Shown piece by piece: positions 10,923 through 20,830 of a DNA stretch of 64,000 bases (positions are counted from its first letter, which is position 1; each line of letters begins with the position of its first letter). The notes below the pieces were generated by a model, which was given only the letters and a program-made list of their open reading frames with translations, had not been told where the DNA came from and ran no database searches. This DNA is from Alphaproteobacteria bacterium (GTDB lineage Bacteria; Pseudomonadota; Alphaproteobacteria; Micavibrionales; Micavibrionaceae): NCBI GenBank assembly GCA_002690045.1, contig NZDE01000011.1, positions 88,582-152,581 on the forward strand, given 5' to 3'. The position numbers and the translations under genes were made by a program.

Positions 10923-11687
10923 ATGAAAATCTTAGTTCCTGTTAAACGTGCCATTGATTACAATGTGAAAGTACGCGTTAAATCTGACGAAAGCGGCGTT
11001 GACCTTGCCAATGTTAAAATGTCGATCAATCCATTTGATGAAATTGCCGTTGAAGAAGCTGTACGCCTAAAAGAAAAAGGCATCGCCAGTGAAGTTATCG
11101 CAGTATCCATAGGCCCTGCCCCTGTGCAAGAGACGCTTCGTACAGCATTAGCCATGGGCGCTGACCGCGCCATTCGCGTGCAAACTGATGTACCGACAGA
11201 TTTAGGCGGCGTTGAACCATTGGCCGTTGCAAAATGCCTTAAAGCCCTTTGTGAAAAAGAAAACCCATCATTGGTTATTATGGGCAAGCAGTCTATTGAT
11301 GACGATTCAAACCAAACTGGGCAAATGCTCGCCGCATTAATGGGCTGGCCACAAGCGACATTTGCATCTGAAGTTTCTTTAAATGGTGATAGCGCAGAAG
11401 TCACACGTGAGGTTGACGGCGGCCTTGAAACCTTAGCAGTAAAGTTACCGGCTGTTGTGACAACTGATCTTCGCTTGAACGAACCGCGTTACGCATCACT
11501 ACCAAACATTATGAAGGCGAAGAAAAAGCCCCTTGATGATATAAGCGCGGAAGAGCTTGGCGTTGAATTTAAGCCACGTTTAAAAGTCCTAAAAGTGACT
11601 ACGCCGCCTGTCCGTCAAGCAGGTATTAAAGTGGATAGTGTTGATGCACTTATCGACAAGCTTAAAAACGAAGCAAAAGTTATTTAA
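10923..11687 (+). CDS. etfB: electron transfer flavoprotein subunit beta
   Basis: [20 protein letters not shown] terminus. 254 aa, immediately upstream of etfA. Confidence 0.95.
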   Translation: MKILVPVKRAIDYNVKVRVKSDESGVDLANVKMSINPFDEIAVEEAVRLKEKGIASEVIAVSIGPAPVQETLRTALAMGADRAIRVQTDVPTDLGGVEPLAVAKCLKALCEKENPSLVIMGKQSIDDDSNQTGQMLAALMGWPQATFASEVSLNGDSAEVTREVDGGLETLAVKLPAVVTTDLRLNEPRYASLPNIMKAKKKPLDDISAEELGVEFKPRLKVLKVTTPPVRQAGIKVDSVDALIDKLKNEAKVI

Positions 11688-11711
11688 TAGATATACGATA
11701 AAGAGGTTCCT

Positions 11712-12644
11712 ATGACCGTTTTAGTTATTGCAGAACATACACATACTGAAATTAAACCATCGACGCTGAACACAATCAGCGCGGCACAGAAGATATCAAG
11801 CGATATTGATTTGCTTGTTATTGGTAATGATTGCGGCGCTGCGTGCGCAGAAGCACAAAAGATTAGCGGTGTTCGTAAAGTCATTAAATGCGACCACGCG
11901 GAATACGCACATAATATTGCAGAAAACCTTACCCCTGCTGTGTTAAAAATCGCACGTGATTACACACATATTCTTGCGCCAGCGACAACATTTGGCAAAA
12001 ACCTTATGCCACGCGTTGCAGCGCTGCTTGATACACAGCAAATTTCAGACATTATTAGCGTGGAAGACGAAAAAACATTCAAACGCCCAGTATATGCAGG
12101 CAATGCGATTGCTACAGTTGAATCCTCAGATGACATCAAAGTTATTACTGTGCGCTCAACTGCATTTGATAAAGTTCCTGCTGAAGGCGGCAACGCATCA
12201 TGCGAAGATTTAGACGCCGCAGAAACAAGTGATATGTCCCGTTTTGTAAAGCAAGAACTATCAGTTTCTGACCGTCCAGAGCTTACAGCCGCTAATATCG
12301 TCATCAGTGGCGGTCGTGGCCTAGGCTCCGCCGAAAACTTCCATATTATTGAAACATTAGCGGATAAAATCGGCGCTGCCGTTGGTGCATCCCGCGCCGC
12401 TGTTGATGCTGGCTACGTCCCTAATGACTATCAAGTAGGTCAAACTGGTAAAGTTGTGGCGCCTGACTTATATATCGCCGTTGGTATATCAGGTGCCATT
12501 CAGCACCTTGCAGGCATGAAAGATTCTAAAGTCATCGTGGCTATCAACAAAGATGCCGAAGCACCAATCTTCACCGTTGCGGACTATGGTTTGGTTGCAG
12601 ATTTGTTTGATGTTATGCCTGAACTGACAGATAAGATCGCCTAA
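11712..12644 (+). CDS. etfA: electron transfer flavoprotein subunit alpha
   Basis: C-terminal FAD-binding region (VVSGGRG-type ISGGRGLGS, YIAVGISGAIQHLAGM). 310 aa. Confidence 0.95.
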   Translation: MTVLVIAEHTHTEIKPSTLNTISAAQKISSDIDLLVIGNDCGAACAEAQKISGVRKVIKCDHAEYAHNIAENLTPAVLKIARDYTHILAPATTFGKNLMPRVAALLDTQQISDIISVEDEKTFKRPVYAGNAIATVESSDDIKVITVRSTAFDKVPAEGGNASCEDLDAAETSDMSRFVKQELSVSDRPELTAANIVISGGRGLGSAENFHIIETLADKIGAAVGASRAAVDAGYVPNDYQVGQTGKVVAPDLYIAVGISGAIQHLAGMKDSKVIVAINKDAEAPIFTVADYGLVADLFDVMPELTDKIA

Positions 12645-12671
12645 ACAACAGGCTGAGCTAATAAGTAACCC

Positions 12672-12701
12672 AGAGGCCTAATTTAGGCCTCTTCTTTTTT
12701 T
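12672..12701 (+). terminator. rho-independent terminator after etfA; overlaps the 3' end of the convergent pentapeptide gene
   Basis: 9-bp stem agaggccta/taggcctct with a 3-nt loop, followed by tcttttttt. Confidence 0.75.
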
Positions 12702-14008
12702 AGTGCACTTAGTGAGAATGCTGGACCGTGATCTGCCGTGTCTTCACCAATCATATCATCCATAATGGCATTATCTAACGTTGCACCTTCGAAAACGGCG
12801 TTGGTAATGTCAGCGCCACGCAGGTCAGCACCTTCTAGATCCGCATTCGTGAAATCAGCGCCTTTAAGGTTTACACCTTTAAAAATTGCACCACGCAAAT
12901 CTGCATAACGGAATTTAGCGCCTTCCATATTACATGGCGCGAAACGCTTTGCGCCATCGCTATCAGACTTACCAGTCAGTACAAGCGGAGAAAAATTCGC
13001 ACCACACATATTTGCATGATTGAAAATCGCAAATTTTATACTTGAGCCACGCATATCAGCATTCTCAAGGTTTGTATTACGAAAATCGGCGCGATCCAAA
13101 ATAGAACTCTGAATTTCAATATTACTAAGATCCATCCCGATAAAGCGCGTCCGAGGCGCCTTAATAGCCGTTAGCTTCTGATTACTTAAGCTCCGCAAAG
13201 CACGCAAATCCATCATGCCCACGTCAAGCTGCGAACCCTTTGCGCCCGCAGACCCAAGCCATAAAGTATGCTCCTCGATCATATCATCAAGCGTTCTACC
13301 AGACTGTAAGATAGACATACCTGCCGTTTCATCCGTGAGCGCGCCCTCTAGATCAATTGAGCTATCACGAATATCGCTCATTTGTACGCCAGACAAAATA
13401 GCATATTTGAGGCTTGCGCCACCAAGTTGAATGCCCGCGACTTCAACATCTGTTAAATCCGCGCCATCAAGAACTGCGCCGCGCATATCAGCGTCGGATA
13501 TATCTGCCCCTGTTAATAAGGCATCTGTGAAATCAGCCTTACCGGCCATAACGCCTGACAGGCGCACCCCAACCATTTTTGCGCCGCGGAAGTTAACAGG
13601 TTTTGGCGGGACATATGATCCATCTGTCGACAAATTACCTTCGCGCATATCTGCATTCGCCATGTCTGCGCCTTCCAAATTAGCATTTTCAATACGCGAA
13701 CCGCGCAAATCTGCGCGGACAAAGTTTGTGTCTAACAAATTAGAATTACTCAAATCGCAGCTATAGAGTGTTGCTTCCTTGAAATCTGTTCCCATAAGGT
13801 CCATATCACGCATATTACAGCCACTAAATTCTGCGCTACGTAAACAGGCCCGCCTTATTGTTAATCCAGATAAATCGGCACGCTTAAGAACCGCACGGCG
13901 ACCGCCAAGGCGCCCTTCCAAGTAACGGTTGTGCAACTGAACTAACGCATCTAATTGAGATTGCGAAATTTTGGAGTATTCGTTATTTTCTTCTGTCATT
14001 AAGCTCAC
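12683..14008 (-). CDS. pentapeptide repeat-containing protein (two repeat modules)
   Basis: Dozens of A(D/N)LxG-type pentapeptides (e.g. ADLRGSRIENANLEGADMANADM and ADLEGADLRGADITNAVFEGATL). The track start is GTG at 14008; an alternative ATG is at 13999. Confidence 0.85.
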   Translation of the reverse strand: MSLMTEENNEYSKISQSQLDALVQLHNRYLEGRLGGRRAVLKRADLSGLTIRRACLRSAEFSGCNMRDMDLMGTDFKEATLYSCDLSNSNLLDTNFVRADLRGSRIENANLEGADMANADMREGNLSTDGSYVPPKPVNFRGAKMVGVRLSGVMAGKADFTDALLTGADISDADMRGAVLDGADLTDVEVAGIQLGGASLKYAILSGVQMSDIRDSSIDLEGALTDETAGMSILQSGRTLDDMIEEHTLWLGSAGAKGSQLDVGMMDLRALRSLSNQKLTAIKAPRTRFIGMDLSNIEIQSSILDRADFRNTNLENADMRGSSIKFAIFNHANMCGANFSPLVLTGKSDSDGAKRFAPCNMEGAKFRYADLRGAIFKGVNLKGADFTNADLEGADLRGADITNAVFEGATLDNAIMDDMIGEDTADHGPAFSLSALKKEEA

Positions 14009-14198
14009 ATTATCGTTATTCTTGGTGAATAAAGAGCCAGAACCTCAGTTACTCACTGTAATATGCTATCATATTATATATTAACAAATTCTAATCAACA
14101 AAGAATGCACTTAAAAAAATAATAAAATTCAATATAAAATATTATAGCACACGATAAGATGTATTCTAAAAACAATATACTAAAAAAGACGTAACACA

Positions 14199-14339
14199 AT
14201 GAAAAGATTATATATATTCTCTATCCTAATTAGCATGACCATTGCGATAACATCATGTGGTATAAAACCAAGCCAATTAAAACCTGCCGACGATTCGCAG
14301 GTAAATACATTTCCACGTGACTATCCAGCATCTAAGTAA
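14199..14339 (+). CDS. small lipoprotein (46 aa), LptM/YifL-like by size and position
   Basis: Translated by hand: MKRLYIFSILISMTIAITSCGIKPSQLKPADDSQVNTFPRDYPASK. Signal peptide plus lipobox (ITSC). It ends 10 nt before lysA and is below the ORF-track length cutoff. Confidence 0.6.
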   Translation: MKRLYIFSILISMTIAITSCGIKPSQLKPADDSQVNTFPRDYPASK

Positions 14340-14348
14340 GAACCGATT

Positions 14349-15641
14349 ATGACTTATCTTGCCCCCTGCTATAGCTATAAAAATGGTACGCTCTATATCG
14401 ATGATGTTAGTCTAGATATGGTTGCACAAAGCTATGAAACGCCGTTTTATATATACTCTGCAACACAGATTAAGCAGAATATTCAAAATCTGAACAAGGC
14501 CCTAACCCAAGTGCTTGAGCCAGATCAATATACAGTTTGTTATGCCTGTAAAGCTCTGAACAATATTGCCGTGATGCATTTTATTGCACAGCAGGGCTGC
14601 GGCGCGGATATTGTCTCTTCAGGTGAGCTGACGCGCGCTATAAAAGCAAGCGTACCTGCAGATAAAATTGTTTTTTCTGGTGTCGGTAAATCAGACCAAG
14701 AAATTGAACATGCGCTAAATAGCAATATACGGCAAATCAATGTTGAATCAGGTGCGGAACTTTACCGTATAGAACATATTGCAAAGTCTCTAAAAATCGT
14801 TGCGCCTGTTGTCTTTCGCTTAAACCCTGATGTTAAAGCTGGCGCGCATGACAAAATAAGTACTGGACAGAAAGAAAACAAATTTGGTCTTAACGCACAA
14901 AGCGTGATGGAGCTTTACCAATATGCCGCAGACAGCGAATATATTAACCCGCGCGGCATCAGCCTGCATATTGGATCACAGCTTATTGATATGTCTCCAT
15001 TCGATAAGGCCTATAAAATTGCCGCGGACTTTATACAAGGGCTACGCGCTAAAGGCTTCACTCCTGATACAATAGATTTAGGCGGCGGCATTGGTATTAT
15101 CTATGATAATGAAGATGCCCCTGACTTAGATGCTTATGCCAGGATCGTAGAAAAACATATCGCACCGCTTGGGCTACATATGATATTTGAGCCAGGGCGG
15201 ATGATTGTCGGAAATGCCGGATTATTAGTTAGCCGCGTTTTATATATCAAAGAAGCCGAAAATAAGTCCTTCCTGATAACCGATGCAGGTATGAATGATT
15301 TAATGCGCCCTGCCCTTTATGACAGTTTGCATCCAGTGGTCGAAATTATACCGAAAGGTAAAACTGCCCCAGTAAAAAAATACGATGTTGTTGGCCCCGT
15401 TTGCGAGAGCGCAGATGTATTTGGCCTGAATATCCCCCTTTCAGAAGAACTAACGCACAATGACCTTGTCGCGTTTACGGGCGCGGGCGCGTATGGCGCG
15501 ACCATGTCATCCTATTATAATGCACGAAAACTTCCTGCCGAATTTTTAGTTGAGGGAAATGACTGGCGCTGCATAAGACGTGCAATCACGGTCGAGGACT
15601 TTCTGCGCTTTGAAACTATAGACGAAGATATATACGAATAA
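14349..15641 (+). CDS. lysA: diaminopimelate decarboxylase
   Basis: PLP-lysine region YACKALNN, GGGIGI and CESADV motifs. 430 aa. Confidence 0.94.
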   Translation: MTYLAPCYSYKNGTLYIDDVSLDMVAQSYETPFYIYSATQIKQNIQNLNKALTQVLEPDQYTVCYACKALNNIAVMHFIAQQGCGADIVSSGELTRAIKASVPADKIVFSGVGKSDQEIEHALNSNIRQINVESGAELYRIEHIAKSLKIVAPVVFRLNPDVKAGAHDKISTGQKENKFGLNAQSVMELYQYAADSEYINPRGISLHIGSQLIDMSPFDKAYKIAADFIQGLRAKGFTPDTIDLGGGIGIIYDNEDAPDLDAYARIVEKHIAPLGLHMIFEPGRMIVGNAGLLVSRVLYIKEAENKSFLITDAGMNDLMRPALYDSLHPVVEIIPKGKTAPVKKYDVVGPVCESADVFGLNIPLSEELTHNDLVAFTGAGAYGATMSSYYNARKLPAEFLVEGNDWRCIRRAITVEDFLRFETIDEDIYE

Positions 15642-15735
15642 ATTGACCTAATTAGCATCGCATGACGTGTTTTTTAACGTATTTATGCTATATTTAACTC
15701 ACGTCACATTTATATACAGCTAATTATTCAAAGAT

Positions 15736-18357
15736 ATGGCACGCCTTTATTTAAACATCATTCGATACATCAATTATGCGATATGGATTTTATCCTATAC
15801 GTTTGCGTGTTTATCGCCTGTCATTTTTGGCTTATTGTTAATTGTTACGCTCGCCCTTGTTCCTGCAATATATAGCCTTATACCGCCGCTGCTTTTTAGT
15901 TTCTTTAGCTGGATAGTAATTATCGAGCTATTCAGAGCATCATGGAAGAAACAACAATGGCCTAAATTGAAGGAAGCGGACCGTAAACTAGAGCATAAAA
16001 ATGATTTTTATGACCACCCAATTACCTTACTACACGACCATTTGATAAATCCAAATACTGAACGTGATGCTTTGTGGCGTGAATTTAAAGGGAAGTTGAT
16101 TGAGCGCTTAAGCAAGCTGCATTTGCCGTTGCCTTTTTATATGTCGGCAGGGAAAGATCCCTTTGGCCTTCGTGCGGTTATCACCATATGTTTCCTGATT
16201 ATGCTGTCCCTAAATGGCCTAAATGAAACCACTGCACGCTTACAAAATATATTCATTCCATCTTTATCAACAGCATTCACTGCAGACGGTGAAGTTGCCA
16301 ATCTAGTGAGCATAGAAATTCAGCCTCCTAAATACACAGGTCGTAATATAAAGCTTATTAAAGGCCAAGGCAAAATTGATGCGCCGCTTGATATTGCAGA
16401 AGAAAGCCTAATTAAAATCACGGTAAAAGATACATGGCTTCCACTAAAACTATATATAGATGATCTGCTTATTCCGCTAACCAAAAATACTGAAGACGAT
16501 ACCACGCAGGATAATGTCTTTTACACGCACAGCTTTTCGGTTGGGCAGGCAACGGAAGGTAAAGTTCACAGCATTACATTAAAAAGCCTTTTCTTAACGC
16601 GATTCAAAATAAGCTATAGCTTGATTGATGATTTGCCGCCACGCCTGAGCATTGATGATGAGTTTACCATTCAAAATAATGGCACTCTGAAATTCATAGC
16701 GAACCTTGAGGATGATTACGGCACTTCGGCTTTAGATATATTTATGGACCTACCTGTTGATTATGAAGGCGAAACGCCACTAGGTAAGCCTTATAAAGAA
16801 GAACGATCTTTCTTATATGAAGCTGGCACGCATAAAGATATAGCCGTCTTTTTAAACCTAACACGCCACCCTTATGCTGGCATGGGTGCACAGCTTACAT
16901 TTAATTTACGTGACGGCGCAGGCCAGTTATCCGATACTGTAAAGATTCCACTTACGCTACCTGAACGTAATTTCACGGAAGACGTAGCCAAACGCATTTA
17001 TGCTTTACGCAAATTTATCATCACTGAAAAATTGGCCTATACCGATTATATTTATGACAGTCTTTCCGGCTTATCATCAGACCCACAAATTCAGGGTAAG
17101 GATATTCTTGCAAAACTCGCCATAGCCGTTGCCCGCGAACGCATTTATCACGAGCAAAGTCTTGATGTCCTCTACACACTTGTCGATATGCTTTGGCGCA
17201 CTGCACTACGCCTAGACAATGGTGACTTCATGCAAAGTCAGCAGGACTTACAAGATGCCTTAAATGCATTTAACAAAGTGCTGAACGACCCAAATTCATC
17301 TCAGGACGAACGCTTAAAAGCTATGCAAGACTTACAAAACGCATTGGCTGATTATTTCTATGAAGCACAGAAGGAAGCTTTGCGCCGCATGCAAAACGAA
17401 GATGGTAATTTTATGCCACAAATGGCCGTGCCGCGCCCCAATAGCAGCGCATTACAAGACTTTCTAAGCCAACTTGAGAGCTCTGCGCTTAATGACCCTG
17501 AAAAGGCAAAAGAGCTTCTTAATGAGCTTGAAAAAGCGCTTAACAGCCTAAACAACAATATGCAGGCTGAATTACCGCAAGATATTCAACAAATGATGCA
17601 ATTTATGCAAGATATGGACAATATCATTCAGCAACAGAACGATTTATTAGATAAGAGCCGTCTACAACTAGATTATCAATCACATATAGATGCGTTACAG
17701 CGTCGTCAAGACCTGCAGAGTAATAAGGAAGATAACACAAGCGCAGATAAGGCGGAGGAAGATAGTTTTTCAAACTTGGACAACTTGTTTAAATCGTTAG
17801 ATATGCCTGCGCCTGATATACACAACAATCAAGGACAAAGTAGTACGGCCACACAAGATACGCAAAGTCAAAACACCCCAAAATCCACTATGGATGTCAT
17901 CATGGAATCTGGTACACAGCGCCATATACAAGATCAGCTGCATAAAATGATCGATAATATGCCTATGGTTCCCGATGAGCTAAAAGAAGCAGATAAACAT
18001 ATGGGTAATTCTGCAACCTATCTACAATATGAACGTTTGCGCGACAGTATATCAGAGCAAGAAAAAGTTTTAGACGCCCTAAATAATAAACGTGACCAAA
18101 TGCAGCAGGCATTTGAAGAGCGCCTAAAGCAATTTGCAAAAGATAATAATATTCAGTTTTCATTTGATCCGCTGGGGCGTTCTAATGGTGATAACGGCCT
18201 TGCCCGCAGCCTCCGCGCGCAGGAATATGACCTACCAGAAAAAGGCCGCGCAAATTATATTGATGAGATTTTACGAGAACTGAGAAGTAAAGCCGGCGAC
18301 CTAGAGCGCCCTAAAATTGAACGTGAATATTACGAACGCTTATTGCATCAGTGGTGA
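15736..18357 (+). CDS. TIGR02302/DUF4175 family membrane protein
   Basis: 873 aa. N-terminal TM helices, then a long soluble region with a Gln/Asp-rich coiled part. It follows lysA, as this family does in alphaproteobacteria. Confidence 0.6.
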   Translation: MARLYLNIIRYINYAIWILSYTFACLSPVIFGLLLIVTLALVPAIYSLIPPLLFSFFSWIVIIELFRASWKKQQWPKLKEADRKLEHKNDFYDHPITLLHDHLINPNTERDALWREFKGKLIERLSKLHLPLPFYMSAGKDPFGLRAVITICFLIMLSLNGLNETTARLQNIFIPSLSTAFTADGEVANLVSIEIQPPKYTGRNIKLIKGQGKIDAPLDIAEESLIKITVKDTWLPLKLYIDDLLIPLTKNTEDDTTQDNVFYTHSFSVGQATEGKVHSITLKSLFLTRFKISYSLIDDLPPRLSIDDEFTIQNNGTLKFIANLEDDYGTSALDIFMDLPVDYEGETPLGKPYKEERSFLYEAGTHKDIAVFLNLTRHPYAGMGAQLTFNLRDGAGQLSDTVKIPLTLPERNFTEDVAKRIYALRKFIITEKLAYTDYIYDSLSGLSSDPQIQGKDILAKLAIAVARERIYHEQSLDVLYTLVDMLWRTALRLDNGDFMQSQQDLQDALNAFNKVLNDPNSSQDERLKAMQDLQNALADYFYEAQKEALRRMQNEDGNFMPQMAVPRPNSSALQDFLSQLESSALNDPEKAKELLNELEKALNSLNNNMQAELPQDIQQMMQFMQDMDNIIQQQNDLLDKSRLQLDYQSHIDALQRRQDLQSNKEDNTSADKAEEDSFSNLDNLFKSLDMPAPDIHNNQGQSSTATQDTQSQNTPKSTMDVIMESGTQRHIQDQLHKMIDNMPMVPDELKEADKHMGNSATYLQYERLRDSISEQEKVLDALNNKRDQMQQAFEERLKQFAKDNNIQFSFDPLGRSNGDNGLARSLRAQEYDLPEKGRANYIDEILRELRSKAGDLERPKIEREYYERLLHQW

Positions 18358-19244
18358 TGTTCATCGTCGTGCTCTTCTGCCTTATGCGAATCGTGGTGTT
18401 CGTCATTCATGTCTGCTGCATGGTCGGCGTTATCATTAACGCTATGATGGCTAGTCTTATTACCATCTTCCATGCCCACGTCATCAACCAAACGCAACGC
18501 CACGGCGCGCACGTCTTGTTTTACATCCATATCAACAGGAAATAATGCAGAAAAAGCTATGGCTGCTTCGCCATAAATTACCTTATCTGTTGTTAAACGC
18601 GTTACACGCGTATCCATGATATCTTGTGTTTTATTCTTGAGGGCTATTTCAGCCTTAGGCAGGATAATCGGTAATCTTTCCAGATTTATTAGCTGGCCTT
18701 CAATACGGTAGGCTGAGAATTCTTCGTCATACACAACATTGACCTGATCAAACACAAGCTGCCCCACTTCGCCATATGGGTCTTGATTTATAACAGCAAA
18801 AATAGGCCTTAAATTTGTATGTGATAATATTAGCTTATCCGCAAAACTACTTGTAAACATAACAACTACAAATAATGCGATTAATGCCAATGCGACGCTT
18901 AAAGCTTTATTCTTTTTTATATGTGCGCCATCGTTTAGTTGGATTGGATTATCATTCCCATCGGGCTGTACGGCGCGCGGTATATCCAGATCATCATTTA
19001 CTTGCTCATCTAACACAGTGTCATCATTGACAGACTCAGACTCAGATACAGCTTCATCCTGATCAAAATCAATATCCATTAATTCATCAAGATTCGCGTC
19101 AACCTCATCATCACTGCTTAATTCTTGGTGCCACGTTTCGCCGCAGCTATTACAACGCACCATACGTCCATCATCCCCGATAGAGCTGTCAGGGATCATA
19201 TAGCGTGTGGAACATTTGGGGCAGACAATAATCATGTCTTTCAC
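18348..19244 (-). CDS. MJ0042-type zinc-ribbon domain membrane protein with a His/Asp-rich tail
   Basis: N-terminal CPKCSTRY...CNSCGETW zinc ribbon, acidic linker and one TM helix. It is divergent from the ftsE region, as usual in alphaproteobacteria. The start may be the ATG at 19235. Confidence 0.7.
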   Translation of the reverse strand: MKDMIIVCPKCSTRYMIPDSSIGDDGRMVRCNSCGETWHQELSSDDEVDANLDELMDIDFDQDEAVSESESVNDDTVLDEQVNDDLDIPRAVQPDGNDNPIQLNDGAHIKKNKALSVALALIALFVVVMFTSSFADKLILSHTNLRPIFAVINQDPYGEVGQLVFDQVNVVYDEEFSAYRIEGQLINLERLPIILPKAEIALKNKTQDIMDTRVTRLTTDKVIYGEAAIAFSALFPVDMDVKQDVRAVALRLVDDVGMEDGNKTSHHSVNDNADHAADMNDEHHDSHKAEEHDDEHHH

Positions 19245-19359
19245 TTACTTTTCTGCGTTGTTATATTTTATAAGTAAATTATAAGCCTTTATACCAACTG
19301 CGCAAGCAGCGCCGCGTATAAAAAGCAAAATAATCAATATCTAACTTAAACGTATCAAC

Positions 19360-20118
19360 TTGAAACCAAGCTACATGACCCGAATTCTATTATCTTTATT
19401 GACCCTAATGTGTTTTTTGGCTCTGCCCTCAAACGTGCACGCACAAAATCCATCATGTGGTGTAGACGAAGAGGATATACGCAGCGCATGTATCCTGTCT
19501 CTACTTGATAAAGAAATCGCATTAATCAACAATGCCCGTTGGCGCGACCAATCCTACCGTGACCTTATTAGCGCACTTCTTGGTCGTGGTCAGGTAGACG
19601 ATGCAATAGCATTGTTTGATAAGTTTACTAGCGAAGATACATTATCCATGGCTATACGCGCCGTTGGGATGGCTTTGCCACACAGTATAGAAGACGAAGC
19701 GCAAATCAAAATGACATTAGACCTTTTAACTGAGCGCGCTCAAAATATTGCTCATAAAGGTTCACAAGAAGTAGCACTAACCTATGTTGCCGTTGCCGCG
19801 GCAAACGCAGCATTATCAGATTACGCCAACCAAACCGCGCGCAAAATTGAAACGCAATATATGCGCAATAAAGCATACCAAGAAATTGCCGAAACATTAT
19901 CTGGCGCAGGTAGTGCCGACAAGGCATTTCTGACATTACAGAATATCGAAGATCACGCCTTTCGAAATAAGGCTTATGCCATATCAGCCAAAGCTTTGAA
20001 TAAACATGGTTTAGTTAAACAAGCCGTGCTGGCAACAGAGCAAATTGATGACCCTTATATCAAGGCAAATACATTATTGGCGATCATGCTTAATACGCCA
20101 AAAACAGATAAAGAGTAA
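19360..20118 (+). CDS. hypothetical secreted helical-repeat protein
   Basis: Signal peptide (LLSLLTLMCFLALPSNVHA/Q) and repeated ~35-aa Ala-rich helical units (..RNKAYQEIAETL.. / ..RNKAYAISAKAL..). It ends 2 nt before ftsE. The track start is TTG; an ATG lies at 19375. Confidence 0.55.
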   Translation: MKPSYMTRILLSLLTLMCFLALPSNVHAQNPSCGVDEEDIRSACILSLLDKEIALINNARWRDQSYRDLISALLGRGQVDDAIALFDKFTSEDTLSMAIRAVGMALPHSIEDEAQIKMTLDLLTERAQNIAHKGSQEVALTYVAVAAANAALSDYANQTARKIETQYMRNKAYQEIAETLSGAGSADKAFLTLQNIEDHAFRNKAYAISAKALNKHGLVKQAVLATEQIDDPYIKANTLLAIMLNTPKTDKE

Positions 20119-20120
20119 CT

Positions 20121-20828
20121 ATGATTAAATTTTCACATGTTGGTTTACGCTATGGCATAGGGCCTGAAGTTCTCAGTGACGTGAACTTCACCTTGGAGCC
20201 AGGGTCATTCCACTTCCTCTCTGGCCCGAGCGGAAGTGGTAAAACATCGCTGATGTCCCTACTCTATTTAGGGCGCAAACCAACGCGCGGTGAAATCAGC
20301 ATGTTTGGTCACGATATAAAAAGCCTTTCGCGTGAGCAATTGGCTTTTATGCGTCAAAAAGTCGGCGTGGTTTTTCAGGATTTCCGTCTATTAAATAACC
20401 TAACCGCATTTGAAAATGTCGCTTTGCCATTGCGTCTAAGCAATAAAAGCGAGAAACAAATCCGATCCGATGTTACAGAGCTTCTTGAGTGGGTGGAACT
20501 TGGTGAATATATGCATCGTTTGCCCCTGACATTATCAGGTGGTCAACAGCAACGTATTGCAATTGCGCGCGCTGTTATATCAAAGCCGCGCCTTCTGCTT
20601 GCCGATGAACCAACGGGTAACCTTGATGATAATATTGGTTATAAGCTTATGGGGCTTTTTGAACAATTAAACCGCATGGGTACAACCATGGTTATCGCTA
20701 CGCACAACCAACAAATAATGGATAAATTTTATCATAAAAAGCTGATTTTGCAGGACGGCCTATTAACCGTAGAAACGCCGCGCAATATTATGCATGATGC
20801 CCCTAGCGTGCAAGAAGAGGCAATGTAA
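20121..20828 (+). CDS. ftsE: cell division ATP-binding protein FtsE
   Basis: Walker A GPSGSGKTS, ABC signature LSGGQQQR and Walker B LLLADEPTGNLD. Followed by ftsX. Confidence 0.92.
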   Translation: MIKFSHVGLRYGIGPEVLSDVNFTLEPGSFHFLSGPSGSGKTSLMSLLYLGRKPTRGEISMFGHDIKSLSREQLAFMRQKVGVVFQDFRLLNNLTAFENVALPLRLSNKSEKQIRSDVTELLEWVELGEYMHRLPLTLSGGQQQRIAIARAVISKPRLLLADEPTGNLDDNIGYKLMGLFEQLNRMGTTMVIATHNQQIMDKFYHKKLILQDGLLTVETPRNIMHDAPSVQEEAM

Positions 20829-20830
20829 AC

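Noticed and set aside
15663-15706. Inverted repeat TGACGTG ... CACGTCA after lysA as a terminator
   Set aside because: The arms are 7 bp but are separated by about 30 nt, and the T-run follows the first arm rather than the hairpin. It is not a convincing intrinsic terminator, though it could be a protein-binding site. I have no evidence for that.
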